DNA of 64,000 nt. Source: Squalus acanthias (lineage: Eukaryota). This document shows positions 51,573 to 64,000 of this stretch, piece by piece; position 1 is the stretch's first letter; each line of letters opens with the position of its first letter. The translations under genes and the position numbers were made by a program. The DNA is taken from assembly GCA_030390025.1 (NCBI GenBank), contig CM059433.1, forward strand, positions 25,422,001-25,486,000, written 5' to 3'. The notes beneath the pieces were generated by a model. The model saw only the letters and a list, made by a program, of their open reading frames with translations, did no database searches and had not been told where the DNA came from.

Positions 51573-52597
51573 TGATTTCCGGGCGCAGGAGATCGTGGCG
51601 CTAGTGGTTACCGGCACCGCAAACCTCCAGCTCAATCTCGTGGCCACGCTGTGCCCGGTCGCAAAGCTGGTAGCGCCCCGTTGGCGTCCCCCGGAGGCGC
51701 TAACTGGAGGTGCAAAGGCACCCAATTTCTCCCCCTATGTCTCTATTAATAAAACCAAGGATCTCATATACTTTTTTAACAGCCTTCTCAACTTGTTCTG
51801 CTACCTTCAAAGATTTATGTACATATACCCAAAGGTCTCTGTGTTTCTGCACCTGCTTGAAAATTGTACCATTTAGTTCATACTGCCTCTTTTCATTCTT
51901 CCTATCAAAATGTATCACTTCACACTTCTCTGCATTAAACTTTATCTGCCATGTGCCTGCCCATTTCACCAGTCTGTCTACATCCTTCTGAAATCTATTA
52001 CTTTCCGCCTCATTGTTTACTACATTTCTGAGTTCCGTGTCATCGACAAACTTTAAAATTATGCCCTGTATACCCAAGTCCAGGTCATTAATATATATCA
52101 AAAAGAGCAGTGGTCCGAATACCGACCCCTGAGGAACACAACTGCATACTGCCCTCCAGTCTGAAAATAACCATTCACCACAACTCTCTGTTTTCTGTCT
52201 CTTAGGCAATTTTGTATCCATGCTTTAATCCCATGGGTTTTAATTTTGCTAACAAGTCTATTATCACAGAATCACAGAATCCCCACAGTGCAGATAGAAG
52301 CCATTTCAGCCCATCGAGCCTGCACCGACACATATCCCACCCTATCCCCGTAACCAATCCCCCTAACACTAAGGGTCAATTTATCATAGCCAAATCAACC
52401 TAATGTGGTACTTTGTCAAACGCCTTTTGCAAATCCATATACACATCAACCGCACCAGCCTTATCAACCCTCTCCATTTCTTCATCAAGAACTTGGTCAA
52501 GTTAGTCAAACACGATTTGCCTTTAACAAATCTGTGCTGACTTTCATTTACTAGCCCATACTTTTCTCAATTCCAATTAATTTTGTCCCGAATTATT

Positions 52598-53353
52598 GGC
52601 CCAGATATTCCGATCCCTACGGGTGGGTACGCGCTGTGTACCCACCCGTAGGGACATCGGAAATGCCGGTTTCTGGCATGCACAGCGCATGCGCTGAAAA
52701 CCGGCATTTCCGATCTGTCAAGAATGGTCTTGACAGATCCTCCGCCTGCCCTGGAGAAGGGCCTCTGTGGGCGGATAGTTCCACTTTTTGGAGACCCTCC
52801 GCCCGCAGAAAACCCTTACAATTCTTACGCCTGGTAAAGGCAGGCATAAGGCCTACTTTTACCAGGATAAGAGTTGAAAAAAGTAAAAAAAAAATTTTTT
52901 CACTGATTTATCATTTAAAAATACTTTAAAAAAGGTAAGTTTATATTTAGCCCCGTAAAAAACTTTAATTATTTTTTTCAAAAATTTTAATTTTTGTTTA
53001 AAATATTTAATTTATTGTAATTTCAAGTCATTTTAAAAATGTGATTTAAAAAAAAATTTATTTAAAGTTTTACTATGTTTCTGGGGTGATCTCCATTCAT
53101 ATATTTGACAGGTCTTCCTGTCAAGTGTATGAAGGGAGATTCCCTTCTTTGATTGGCTCCCCATGGCCCACGTGATCCCAGGGACGCTGCGAACCGCCTG
53201 CGCCTCTGGGATACATGGGCCCTGCACACTTGGAGTTTGGAGAGGCCCAGGATTGGAAGTGTGTGCGTCCTGGGAGCCCTCAGGTAAGGACGTAGATTTT
53301 TCCAGATCGCAGGCCTCCCCCCGCGGGAAGCTTCCAATCGGAAAATACAGGCC
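52598..53353. mobile_element. Non-autonomous Harbinger-type element with AT-rich core
   Basis: Imperfect TIRs ggcccagatattcc / ggaaaatacaggcc; ATT TSD at 52595-52597 and 53354-53356. Confidence 0.78.
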
Positions 53354-54479
53354 ATTGTCTCTAAAAGTTTTCCCACCACTGATGTTAGTCTGACTGGCTT
53401 GTAGTCGTTGGGTTTATCCCTCTCCTCTGTTTTAAACAGGGGTGTAACATTTGCAATCCTCCAGTCCTGTGGTACCACCCCCATATCCAAGGAGGATTGG
53501 AAGATTATGGCCAGAGTGTAAGCAATTTCCACCCTTACTTCCCTCAGTAACCTAGGATGCATCCCATCTGGACTGGCTGACTTTTCTACTTTGAGGACTG
53601 CCAACCTTTTAAGTACATCCTCTTTATGTATTTTTATCCTATCCAATTTTGCTACTGCCTCCTCCTCTACTGCTACATTGTTAACATCCTCTTGTCTAAT
53701 AAAGCAAAATACTCATTTAGTACCTCAGCCATGCCTTCTGCTTCCACAAGAAGATCCTCTTTATGGTCCCTAATTAGCCCCACCCTTCCTTTGACTACCC
53801 TTTTAATATGTACATGTTTATAACAGACTTTTGGGTTCCCTTTTATGTTAGCCGCTAATCTATTCTCATACTCTCTCTTTGCCCCTCTTATTCCCTTTTT
53901 TAGATTTCCTCTGTACTTTCTATATTCAGCTTGTTTCTCTACTGTATTATGAACCTTAAATTGTCATAAGCCTCCTTTTTCGGTCTCATTTTAACCTCTA
54001 TACCTTTAGTCATCCAAGGAGCTCAAGCTTTGGATGCCCTTCCTTTCCCCCTCGTATGAATGTGTCTACTCTGTACACAAACCATCTCTTGTTTGAAGGC
54101 CTCCCATTGTTCAATTACTGTTTTGCCGACCAATTTTAGATTCCAACTCACCTGGACCAGATCCCAGTCATGCTGAAAAGTATCTCAATGTGTGCCCATC
54201 AGGTGATTGGGCTTGGCTATGTGTTCCTCACTACTGAATACATTGCCAGCACTTACTGTTAAGTGCACACTAGAAGAATGGACACTTTGGTAAGGTTCCA
54301 GAGGATGCCAGTGCCAGTAAAACTGCACCCCTAACGGGCTGGGGCGGGGGGGCTGGTAGACTCATCTACTTGACAGATTCTATTTTGTTGAATTTTAAAG
54401 AGAAAGGACAAGGCAATAGTGCAGGGTAGTGATAGGGCTATTGATAACCAGAGTGTGACAGGAAGGGAAAGAGCGTACA

Positions 54480-56540
54480 AGCATAAGAGTGCACCAGCAA
54501 ATAGGGTCAGTTAGGGAAAAATGGTGAAAAGACAAAATTAAAGGCTCTTTATCTGAATGCATGCAGCATTCGTAACAAGATAGATGAATTGACGGCACAA
54601 ATAGAAATAAATGGGTATGATCTGATAGTCATTACAGAGACGTGTTTGCAAGGTGACCAATGCTGGGGACTGATTATTCAGGGGTATTTGACATTTCGGA
54701 AAGGAAAAGGAGATGGGGTAGCTCTGTTAATAAAGGATGAGATCAGTACAGTAGTGAGAAATGATCTTGTCTTGGAAGATCAAGATATAGAATCAGTTTG
54801 GGTGGAGATAAGAAATAATAAGGGAAAGGAGTCACTGGTGGGAGTAGTCTATAGGCCCCCTAACAGTAGCTACACTGTAGGACAGAGTATAAACCAAGAA
54901 ATAATGGGGGCTTGTAAGAAAGGAACTGCAATAATCGTGGGCTTTTTTAACCTTCATATAGATTAGACAGATCAAATTGGCAAAGGTAGCCTTGAGGACG
55001 AGTTCATAGAATGTATTCAGGACAGTTTCTTAGAACAATACGTTGTGGAACCAACCAGGGAACAGGCTATTTTTAGATCTGGCAATGTGTAATGAGGCAG
55101 AATTAATTAATGATCTCATAGTAAAGGATCCTCGAGGGAAGAGTGATCATAACATGATAGATTTCACATTCAGTTTGAGGGTGAGAAACTTGGGTCTGAA
55201 ACTAGTGTCTTAAATTTAAATAAAGGCAATTACAAGGGTATGAAGACAGAATTGGCTAAAGTGGACTGGAAAAATAGATTAAAAGGTATGATGGTAGATA
55301 AGCAGTGGCAGACTTTTAAGGAGATATTTCATAACTCTCAACAAAGATATATTCCAGCGAGAAAGAAAGACTCTACGAGAAGGATGAACCATCCGTGGTT
55401 AACTAAGGAAGTTAAGGAGGGTATCAATTTGAAAGAAAAGGCATACAATGTTGCGAAGATTAGTGGTAGGCCAGAAGATTGGGACATTTTTAGAAACTTG
55501 CAAAGGATGACTAAAAAAATAATAAAGAGGGAGAAAATTGATTGAGAGTAAACTAGCAAGAAATATAAAAACAGACAGTAAGAGCTTCTACAAGTATATA
55601 AAAAGGAAAAGAGTAGCTAAAGTAAACGTTGGTCCCTTAGAGGATGAGACTGGGGAATTAATAATGGGAAACAAGGAAATGGCTGAGACTTTGAACAAAT
55701 ATTTTGTATCTGTCTTCACAGTAGAAGACACTAAAAGCATCCCAATAATAGTGGAAAATCAAGGGGCAAAAGGGAGAGAGGAACTTAAAACAATCACTAT
55801 CACTGGAGAAAAAGTACTAGGCAAACTAATGGACTAAAGGCTGACAAGTCCCCTAGACCTGATGGCCTGCATCCTAGGGGCTTAAAAGAAGTGGCTGCAG
55901 AGATAGTGGATGCATTGGTTGTAAAATTCCCTAGACTCTGGAAAGGTCCCAACAGATTGGAAAACCGCAAATGTAACGCTCCTATTCAAGAAAGGAGGGA
56001 GACAGAAAGCTGAAAACTATAAGCCAGTTAGCCTAACATCTGTAATTGGGAAGATGCTGGAATCCATTATTAAGGAAGTAATAGCAGGACATTTAGAAAA
56101 TCAGAATACAATCAAGCAGAGTCAACATGGTTTTACGAAAGGGAAATCGTGTTTGACAAATTTATTAGAGTTCTTTGAGGATGTAATGAGCAGGGTGGAT
56201 AAAGGGGAACCAGTAGATATAGTGTATTTGGATTTCCAAAAGGCATTCGATAAGGTGCCACATAAAAGGTTTCTGCACAAGATAAGAGCTCATCGTATTG
56301 GGGTAATATATTAGCATGGATAGAGGATTGGCTAACTAACAGAAAACAGAGAGTCAGGATAAATGGGTTATTTTCAGGTTGGCAAACTGTAACTAATGGG
56401 GTGCAACAGGGATCAGTGCTGAGGCCTCAACTATTTACAATCTATATTAATGACTTGGATGAAGGGACCGAGTGTACTGTAGCCAAATACGCTGATGATA
56501 CAAAGATAGGTGGGAAAGCAAATTGTGAGGAGGACACCAT
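54480..56540 (+). mobile_element. CR1 LINE ORF2 from EN to RT
   Basis: YDLIVITET, GVVYRPPN, QHGFTKGKSCLTNL, DFQKAFDKVPH, YADDTK. Confidence 0.9.
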
Positions 56541-56821
56541 GGGCTGGATTTTGTCATTTGGGGCGGGCTGGGGGCAGGTCAGGTGGTCGGCGGGTCACGA
56601 CCCCGCCTCCGATGTGAGGCGAGACAATTGAGCGATTTTCCCCTAATTGGGCACTTGATTCCCAGCGTGTGGGAACCCCTGGCCCAATGAGTATTTTGGT
56701 GCTGAAACTCGCCTCTGATGACATCATCTATGCAGCTGCATTTAAGGCCTGCAAGCAGCCTTGATTCTTTTACTGCCTTACAACTTTTGCATTATACTTC
56801 TGAGGGATTCGTGCTCCAACC

Positions 56822-58816
56822 ATGTCAAGCAGCAGATCAAAGTGTGCACCCCGTTTCGATGAGAACTCCCTCCAAGCTCTGGTGGAGGGAGAAAGAGCAA
56901 ATAAGGAAGTGCTGTTTCCTTCTTCAGGAAGGAAAAAGCCTCCACAACAGACCAAAGCAGTGTGGCTGCAAGTAGCACAGGAGGTGAATGCCATATCAAT
57001 GTGCAGCAGAACCTGGCTGCAGTGCAGAAAGAGGTTTCATGACCTTCTCCGCACAGGAAAAATGAGTATTCCATCCACATGACCCTCAATTTGATCCCCA
57101 TCGCCTCTCATCACCAGCACTCTGCTTTGTCAACCTCCTCCTCCACATCCCACTTGACCCTTACATCCCTGGACCCTTAACCATTCCCTCTCTCTGTATG
57201 TTCACATTCGACTATGTAGCCCTCATGCTCCCTATCACTGTGATGCAATGACAACAACTTTCAACACACAGGGAGGGCCCTTGATATTGGCACCTCGCTC
57301 CATCTTTGTGTCCTTCTAAGCATCTATGCTATGGATTCTCTACACTCACTCCTTCATTCTCACTCAGACTCCACTTGTGTCCCTCATTGCAGGAAAAGAG
57401 AGCCCACAATAACAGGGAGAGGGCGAGGACAGGAGGAGGGCCATCCTCGATTGCCCAGCTCACCACTGCAGAGGAGGCGGCCCTGGAGATCGTGGGAGTC
57501 GAGGAGGATGCACAAGTGTGGGACGGACAGATGGGCGCATCAGAGAAAGCTGGTGACAGAATAGTTTTTCATCTCTCTCATTGACATTACATGAGTGACT
57601 GATATTGATTCTAATGCTCTAACTGATTGACTTATGATCATCTGCACAATTCAATGTGCATGCAACATTTATCTCACATGTCTAACTCTTTCCTTTATTC
57701 CCCCACAGGTCCATCGACAGCCCCCCTCCCCACTGTCCAGGAGGAACAGCCTGAGCCCCCAGACCCCTCAGAGGAAGCTGCAACCTCTGAGGGTGCAGCG
57801 TCAGCAGAATTAAGCGCACCCAGCACCAGCGCAGACACTCACACCTTGGTGGGACCTTCGGGAGATAGAGTAGAGTTGTCACCTGGTGTACCATAGCTCA
57901 CAAGTGAGCAACAGCAGATGGTGGAGACAGGGACAGCAGTGGAGAGTCCTCGTCGGAGGGCGCAGGACTCTCTCAGCTCGGCTCAGCTGCATGTCGACCC
58001 TGTGCCTCTGGGTCCATCCAGAAGGAGAGCGATACTGGAACTCCAGGAACAGGTGCAGGAGTCTCTGGCAGGTTTTGTCTCCAGGGTCGCTGCAAGTGTG
58101 GAGCGAATGGAGGAGTCCATCGCTAACATGAGCAGAGCCTTTGTGGAGGCATTGGCGCATGAACGCATCACCACGGAAAGGATGGCAACCTCCGTGGAAA
58201 GGATGGCTACCTCCATGGTAAGGCTGGCTACCATAGAGGAGAGGATGGCTACGGTAGAGGAGAGGATGGCCAGGGCCATGGAGGAGCTAAGTCGCCAGGG
58301 TCTTGAAAACATGGTCATTGTTAAGAATAGACTGACATCTCTTGAGGAACGATGGTCAGCTATTGAGCAGCGAAACCAGACCTTCATGGAAGTCCTCTGG
58401 AGTAGGACTTCCAGTGCAGAAATGGGTCCTCATGGCCCCCCTGAAGTGCAGCAAGGTGTTGTCAAGCCACTTGCTAGCTCTGAAGTGGGGCTGACCCATG
58501 AGAGGGATGTTGGTGGCAGAGAACAAGGAAGTGGGGGCTCCTCTCCAAGCGCTCACACGACCATGCCACTGCAGAGCCCTTGGTCAGAGCCCCACCAGAG
58601 TCCTCATCCAACTGAGATGGGCGTCTCAGCCCCTGCACAGCCGTAGGAGCAGTAGACTATTGCCGAGCCCTCACAGGCTAGAAACCCCAGAGGACGCCCG
58701 CCAAAGGTGTCGAGGCAGGAGCAGCAAGAAAGTGAGCAAGGGGCCTCCACATCTGCTGAAGCCACAGGGGAAGCACCACATAGGAGCATGCGTAAGAGGA
58801 AGATAAAGCACAAGTA
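56822..58816 (+). pseudogene. Harbinger Myb/SANT + coiled-coil + AT-hook gene, 3 exons (56822-57061, 57393-57552, 57709-58816)
   Basis: APRFDENSLQALV..RTWLQCRKRFHDL; first donor mutated (atgagt); ERARTGGGP in exon 2; exon 3 stays in one frame through TAG stops at 57894, 58644 and 58653 to PRGRPPK and RKRKIKHK. Confidence 0.75.
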
Positions 58817-59076
58817 GTCACAAGGGTAGTCACTTGGGTGTTCTGTTGTGTTTATTTTTGAAAAGCCATCCGTGACTTTATGTGATAAAAAAAACTTGAT
58901 GGCAAAATGTTGAAGTTGTGGGCTGTGTCATTTCGCAAATGGGACTTCCACATTGAGGGCTTAGGACGACTTGCAATTGTCAGTATGGTGGTCAGAGTGA
59001 TAGAAATCCGTAGGTTCTTGTCCATTGTCGATGCTCTGGTAAGAAGGTGCGAGGCAAAAGTGTTTGATTAGGCAGG

Positions 59077-60109
59077 CTATGCAAATCTGGCCAAGATGAG
59101 TGCGTCCCTTGCATCCCGGGCAGCAATGTGCTCGCGTGCTGCTGCTGCTGGTTGATGCGCCTCTGCAAGCTGTTCGTTGTCACTCTCCTCCTCCTCATCA
59201 TCATCATCATCCTCATCCTCATCTGAGGAGGCTACGCGATGAGCCACTTGTACCTCACGAATCTGCAAGCCATGATGCTGTGCCATGTTGTGAAGTGCAC
59301 AGCAGACCACGACGATTCTGGAGACCCTGGCTGCTGAGTACTGCAGGGCTCCACCTGATCTATCAAGGCATCTGAATCGCATCTTCAGCAAGCTGATGGT
59401 TTGCTCGATAATGGATTTGGTGGAAATGTGGCTGGATTTGTAGCGCTCTTCAGCTTCGTTGGATGGCCTCCTCAACAGCGTCATTAGCCACGTCTTCAGG
59501 GGATAGCCCTTGTCTCCAAGTAGCCATCCAAAAAGTTGGTCTGGTGGACTGAAGAGTGGAGGCACACTGGCGCAGGATGAAGGAGTCATGGCAACTGCCA
59601 GGGTACTTGGCGCAAACATGCAAAATTTCTTTCTTGTGGTCACACACCAGCTGCACGTTGAGGGAGTGGAAGCCCTTGCGGTTGATAAAAATACCTGGAT
59701 TGTGATGGGGTGCCTTAAGGGCCACATGTGTGCAGTCAACGACGCCCTGCACCCTTGGAAAGCCTGCCAGATTAGCTAATCCATCCGCACGCGCGGTTAC
59801 ACTTGCTTGATCCTTGGAGAAGTTGATTTAATTGTGCACGATGGCAAAGAGGGCATCAGTTACCTGCGTGATGCAAGTGTGTGCGGCTGCCTGGGAGATG
59901 CCGCTGATGTCTGCTGTTGATCCCTGGAATGAGCCTGAAGCAAAAAAGTTGAGTGCGGTGGTGACTTTGACGGCCACTGGTAAGGGCTGTCCACCCACTC
60001 CTCTGGGCTCCAGGTCTTGCTGCAGCATTGTGCAGATGTCACCCACTACCTCTCGTGAAAGTCTGAGCCTTCTTTGGCACTGCTGCTCAGTCATGTTGAG
60101 GTAGCTCAT
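59077..60109 (-). pseudogene. Harbinger transposase, frameshifted
   Basis: [29 protein letters not shown] and IEQTI are split over three frames. Confidence 0.88.
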
Positions 60110-60372
60110 CTGTGCTGTATCATTCTGTGAAAATTACCTTGCAATTTCTCCATATTTGTATTTTCTCATAACAGGCAGCATCTTAGTGAATTTATTCCCT
60201 ATTGCCTCAATATCCTCCCTGTGGTTTTACTCAGGTTTTATATAGATTCACCTCTACATCTTGGCTTAGAAACTGAATCATGCCTAAAAACGAGCTACCC
60301 ATGCCAATTGGGTCTAATTAAATGGCGGAACAGGCTCGAGGGGCTGAATGGCCTACTCCTGTTCCTATGTTC

Positions 60373-61750
60373 CTAAGTTCCATGACTGCTGCCGGGACAG
60401 CAGGCACAGACTTGGCTGTGGTCGCAAACCAGCTGTACATTGAGGGAGTGGAATCCCTTTCGATTGATAAAAATGCCAGGCTGGTGATTAGGAGCATGTA
60501 AGGCAAGGTGTGAGCCATCCATGGGACCCTGCACCCTGGGGAAGACTGCCATGTGGGTGAAACCTAGTGCTCTCTCGTCCTGCTTCACTCTGGCCATAGG
60601 GAATGAGAAATAAGTATTTCTCCTGGTGTAGAGAGCCTTGCTGTCCACCCTGATACATTGGTGTGCTACAAATTGTGAGAGGCAGCTGATGTCACCTGTT
60701 GTAGCCCCGCCACAAACTCCGTTCCCTAGCCACCGACTCTATCCCTCTCCCTGGCAACTGTCTGAGGCTGAATCAGACTGTTTGCAACCTTGGTGTCATA
60801 TTTGACTTAGTGATGATCTTCCAACCACAAATCCATGCAATCACGAAGACCGCCTACTTCCACCTCCATAACATCGCCCGACTCCGCCCCTGCCTCAGCT
60901 CATTCGCTACTGAAACCCTTATCCATGCCTTTGTTACCTCTAGACTTCACTATTCCAATAAAGCACTCCTGGTCGGACTCCCATCTTTCCACCCTCCATA
61001 AACTTAAGCTCATCCAAAACTCTGCTGCCCATATCCTAACCTGTACCAAGTCAAGTTTACCCATCACCCCTGTGCTCGCTGACCTACATTAGCTCCCGGT
61101 TGAGCAATGCATTGATTTTAAAATCCTCATCCTTGTTTTCAAATTTCTTCATGGCCTCATCCCTCCCTATCTCTGTAACTCCAGCCCTACAATCCTCCAA
61201 GAGACCTGCGCTCCCCCAATTCTGGCCTCTTGCGCATCCCCGATTTTAACCACTCCACCATTTGTGGCCGTGCTTTCAGCTGCCGAGGACCTAAGCTCTG
61301 GAAATCCCTCCCTAAACCTCTCCGCCTCTCTACCTCTCTCTCCTCCTCTCAGACACTCTATAAAACCTACCTCTTTGACCAAGCTTTTGGTCATCTGCCC
61401 ATATAGCTCCTTACGTTGCTCGGTGTAGAATTTTGTTTGATAACGCTCCTGTGAAACGCCTTGGGACATTTTACTATGTTAAAGGCATTATATAAATACA
61501 AGTTGTTGTTGTTGCTGTTTTGGCATAAAAGTCGAGGGCCACGGGTACCTTGACAGCCACAGGCTGTGCTGTCCATGTGCTGGTTTGAGGCTGTAGTTGT
61601 GGCTACAACAGGTGACATAGCTTGCAAGCCTCCTTGGTAAAGCGAAGGCACCTCACTTAAGTTAATGTAGGAGAATTGCTCACTGAAGACCCTTTATGGA
61701 TACGGCCTTCTGTTCAGTGCCCTCCTCCTCCTCTTCCCTCTTCTGGCAGG
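60373..61750 (-). pseudogene. Third Harbinger transposase fragment, split by an L2 insertion
   Basis: [22 protein letters not shown] at 60373-60648; N-terminal RRRRALNRRPYP..FSEQFSYINLSE at about 61650-61740. Confidence 0.75.
60707..61515 (+). mobile_element. L2 LINE 3' portion
   Basis: HLHNIARLRPCLS..TLIHAFVTSRL..IQNSAA..ITPVLADLH with a (gtt)n tail. Confidence 0.88.
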
Positions 61751-61970
61751 TTTTTTTTAGTTCATTCCTAGGATGAGGGTGTCGCTGGCAAGGCCAGCAT
61801 TTATTGCCCATCCCTAATTGCCCTTGTGAAAGTGGTGGTGAGCCGCCTTATTGAACCGCTGCAGTCACAGCGGTTTTGGTACAACTGAATGGCTTGCTAG
61901 GCCATTTCAGAGGGCAGTTAAGAGTGGGTCTGGAGTCACATATAGGCTAGACCAGGTAAGGTCAGCAGAT
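61751..61970 (-). mobile_element. 5'-truncated SINE partner of LINE family A
   Basis: The family A 3' tail (ccagcatttattgcccatcc) is fused directly to the family A 5' UTR (ccatttcagagggcagttaagagt) with no ORF between. Confidence 0.75.
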
Positions 61971-62071
61971 GGTGGGCTGACACTACCTCATTACCTTGCA
62001 CTGAGTGACCACAAATAAAATAGTATTACAGTGTAAAAAGTCTGTTTTTTCCTCATAATAAACAATGCTGA

Positions 62072-63445
62072 GGGCCTGAATTTGAATCAAAAAATCTATG
62101 CATTTACCTGGTGGTCCGGGAGATACGGAGGCTTGCGATCCTGGGCCTCTCCTGGTCTGGGCGGGCAGAGGCCCACATATCCCAGGGGCGCATGCGGTTC
62201 GCAAGCGCCCCGGGATCACGTGGGCCAGCCCAACCAATGAAAGAAGGGTACGTACGGAACTGTCATAAGTATGAATGGAGATGACTTAAAAAATACACGC
62301 ACACATGAAATAATTTTTTTAAAATTACATATATAAAATTAATTAAAATGGCATTTAATTAAATATTTTAAACAAAAATTAAATTTTTGGACAAAAAAAT
62401 TATGGGGGAAAAATTCAGTTGGTTGTGCCTCTCGTTAGCGCCTTAAGAGGGCGCTCATGGGGCGCAAAGCAACTAGCACCCGGGCGCGGCGATGTTTGCG
62501 CCGCTCGCAAAATTAATTAGACATTTTGTGGCAGCGCTAAACACTACCGCCACGATCTCCTGTGCCGGCAGATCGTGACGTCAGTCGAGTGTGCAACGCC
62601 CCGGTAGCGCCCCGGAGCAGATACTGAGTGGCGCCCCCTGCCTTACCGCCTGCCACTAGCAACGACAGGTTGAGGGGAGCATTTTGCAGTCAGGAAGGGA
62701 CTGGGGGAGCACTATTTAAAGGCGAACGCTTCCTGCCTTTTTTTGTTGGTGACATTTTTGCACCACGCATTCTGAGAGAGATAGAGAGAGAGACTTCTGG
62801 AGAGATTCAATGCTGTGTGAAGGAGTTTTGGGTACTGAGCAGCACTTTGCAGGTTCATTTTGATTTGCCCTTCCTTGCATCTATTTAGAAGAGACTGTGG
62901 GGGCTGCACTCTGAGCTCTTTCCCTGGGCCTCTCCATTGTTCTTTCCAGCAGATTTGATGTACAGGTCTCTCCAGGCCGAGATTCAAGGCTGCAATGAGC
63001 AGGGTGTGGATGGAGAGCAAGATCAACCCTCCCCTTTAAGAACTGACCGGCGCCATTGTGTCTCTGTTCCATTGCTGACTGACATCACATGAGCTTCATC
63101 AGCGCTCTGAGGTAGCACATTGCTCCTCGGCCTTTGCGCCTTAAGACAGGTGTGAAGCGCCTGATAAAACTCTTATGCTGGTAAAAGCAGGCCTTACGCA
63201 GGCTTTTACCAGGCGTAAGAATTTGACAGGCATTCAGCGAGCGGAAGTTGTGCAAATAGCGCAACTCTCCCCCCGCAGAGGCCCTTTTCCTGGGGATGCG
63301 GAGGATCTGTCGAGAAGATTCTTGACAGATCGCAAGTGCCGGGTTTCAGCGAGTGCGCTTCGCATGCCTAAACCCGGCACTTGTGCGGCCCCTACAGACG
63401 CGTGCGCACCTCGTACACACCCGTAGGGATCACAAAATACAGCCC
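62072..63445. mobile_element. Inverted copy of the 52598-53353 MITE containing a nested inverted copy (62404-63163) of the 19058-19950 element
   Basis: Ends gggcctgaatttg / aaaatacagccc; the nested element starts tat|gggggaaaaattcagt and its ORF 62712-63026 is nearly identical to ORF 19330-19614. Confidence 0.82.
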
Positions 63446-64000
63446 TTTGTTTCTGCTTTGGGTGCAATCGCCGATCCGGGCACAAATTGCACTCAATATT
63501 GTGCTAGTTTTCAGAAGTTTTTTTCTGCTCAAGTTTCCGCTCAAACTCAATTGCATGTCACCGAACTTAAAATCTGCCATAAACCAGCGCAATCGGGCAG
63601 TGTTTTAGAGCGTAATTTTTTTAACAAAAATTTTGCATTAAAATTATTCCTTGATATATTTGAGAGTTTGATTAATACAGCTGAAAATAGGTTTATCACC
63701 AAAAAAATAAGCATTTTTAATCAATGTCTAGTCCACCACCTATGAGTAACCTGATTTTAAATCACTGAAAATGACTTTACAAACTATACAGAACCACTTG
63801 CTAGTTACATTGGTGTACAGTAGTCAATTTCCTAGTAAATTAAAAAAATAATAGTTGAAAGCTTTTAAAATGTTGCTATTAGTGTCCTTACACCTAAAAA
63901 AACCCAACTTAATTTGAAGGCTTGACGGCCCACGAACGAGTGTAATTAGTGGAAACTCGCAATGGTGATTCATTTGATCTGTGGGCGCGGCCAGTTTTGT

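Larger units (their letters stand above)
47619..51735. mobile_element. Complete PIF/Harbinger transposon (4117 bp) with convergent Myb/SANT and transposase genes
   Basis: TIRs gagggaaaaatttgg / ccaatttctccccc; TAT TSD at 47616-47618 and 51736-51738; two-gene layout typical of Harbinger. Confidence 0.93.
47050..54165 (-). mobile_element. CR1 LINE ORF2 hosting a Harbinger element, a V-SINE fragment (52265-52402) and a MITE
   Basis: Colinear CR1 pieces: ORFs 47082-47474, 51700-52221 (VPQGSVFGP, FVDDT) and 53062-53646. Confidence 0.85.
56541..60112. mobile_element. Second Harbinger transposon, right end lost
   Basis: Left TIR gggctggatttt is identical to that at 28678; Myb gene on + and transposase on -. 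Confidence 0.88.

Noticed and set aside
58170..58280. Regularly spaced repeats resembling a CRISPR array
   Set aside because: They are contiguous 21-bp coding repeats without spacers, in a eukaryotic transposon.

Overview
Repeat-dense vertebrate genomic DNA, very probably from a cartilaginous fish (shark-type CR1/HER1 LINEs, HE1-like V-SINE and SacSINE1-like DeuSINE were recognised by eye). The only host gene is the 3' part of FAM83B on the + strand: a 125-bp exon at 15065-15189 and a terminal coding exon at 15961-18148. Most of the rest is nested transposable elements. (1) Several copies of a single-ORF EN-RT LINE that starts with a tRNA-like head (A and B boxes), lacks ORF1, has almost no TTTT on its sense strand, and has a partner SINE sharing both ends; this is a candidate Pol III-driven autonomous LINE. 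(2) Three Penelope-like insertions with inverted ends, clear TSDs and hammerhead ribozyme cores, one only 226 bp long. (3) Many PIF/Harbinger DNA transposons: one complete 4.1-kb element with transposase and spliced Myb/SANT genes, truncated relatives and non-autonomous elements. They mostly duplicate TAT and twice hit the same nucleotide of a CR1 LINE. (4) CR1, L2 and L1/Tx1 fragments and SINEs. All calls come from manual reading; no database searches were run and repeat boundaries without TSDs are approximate.
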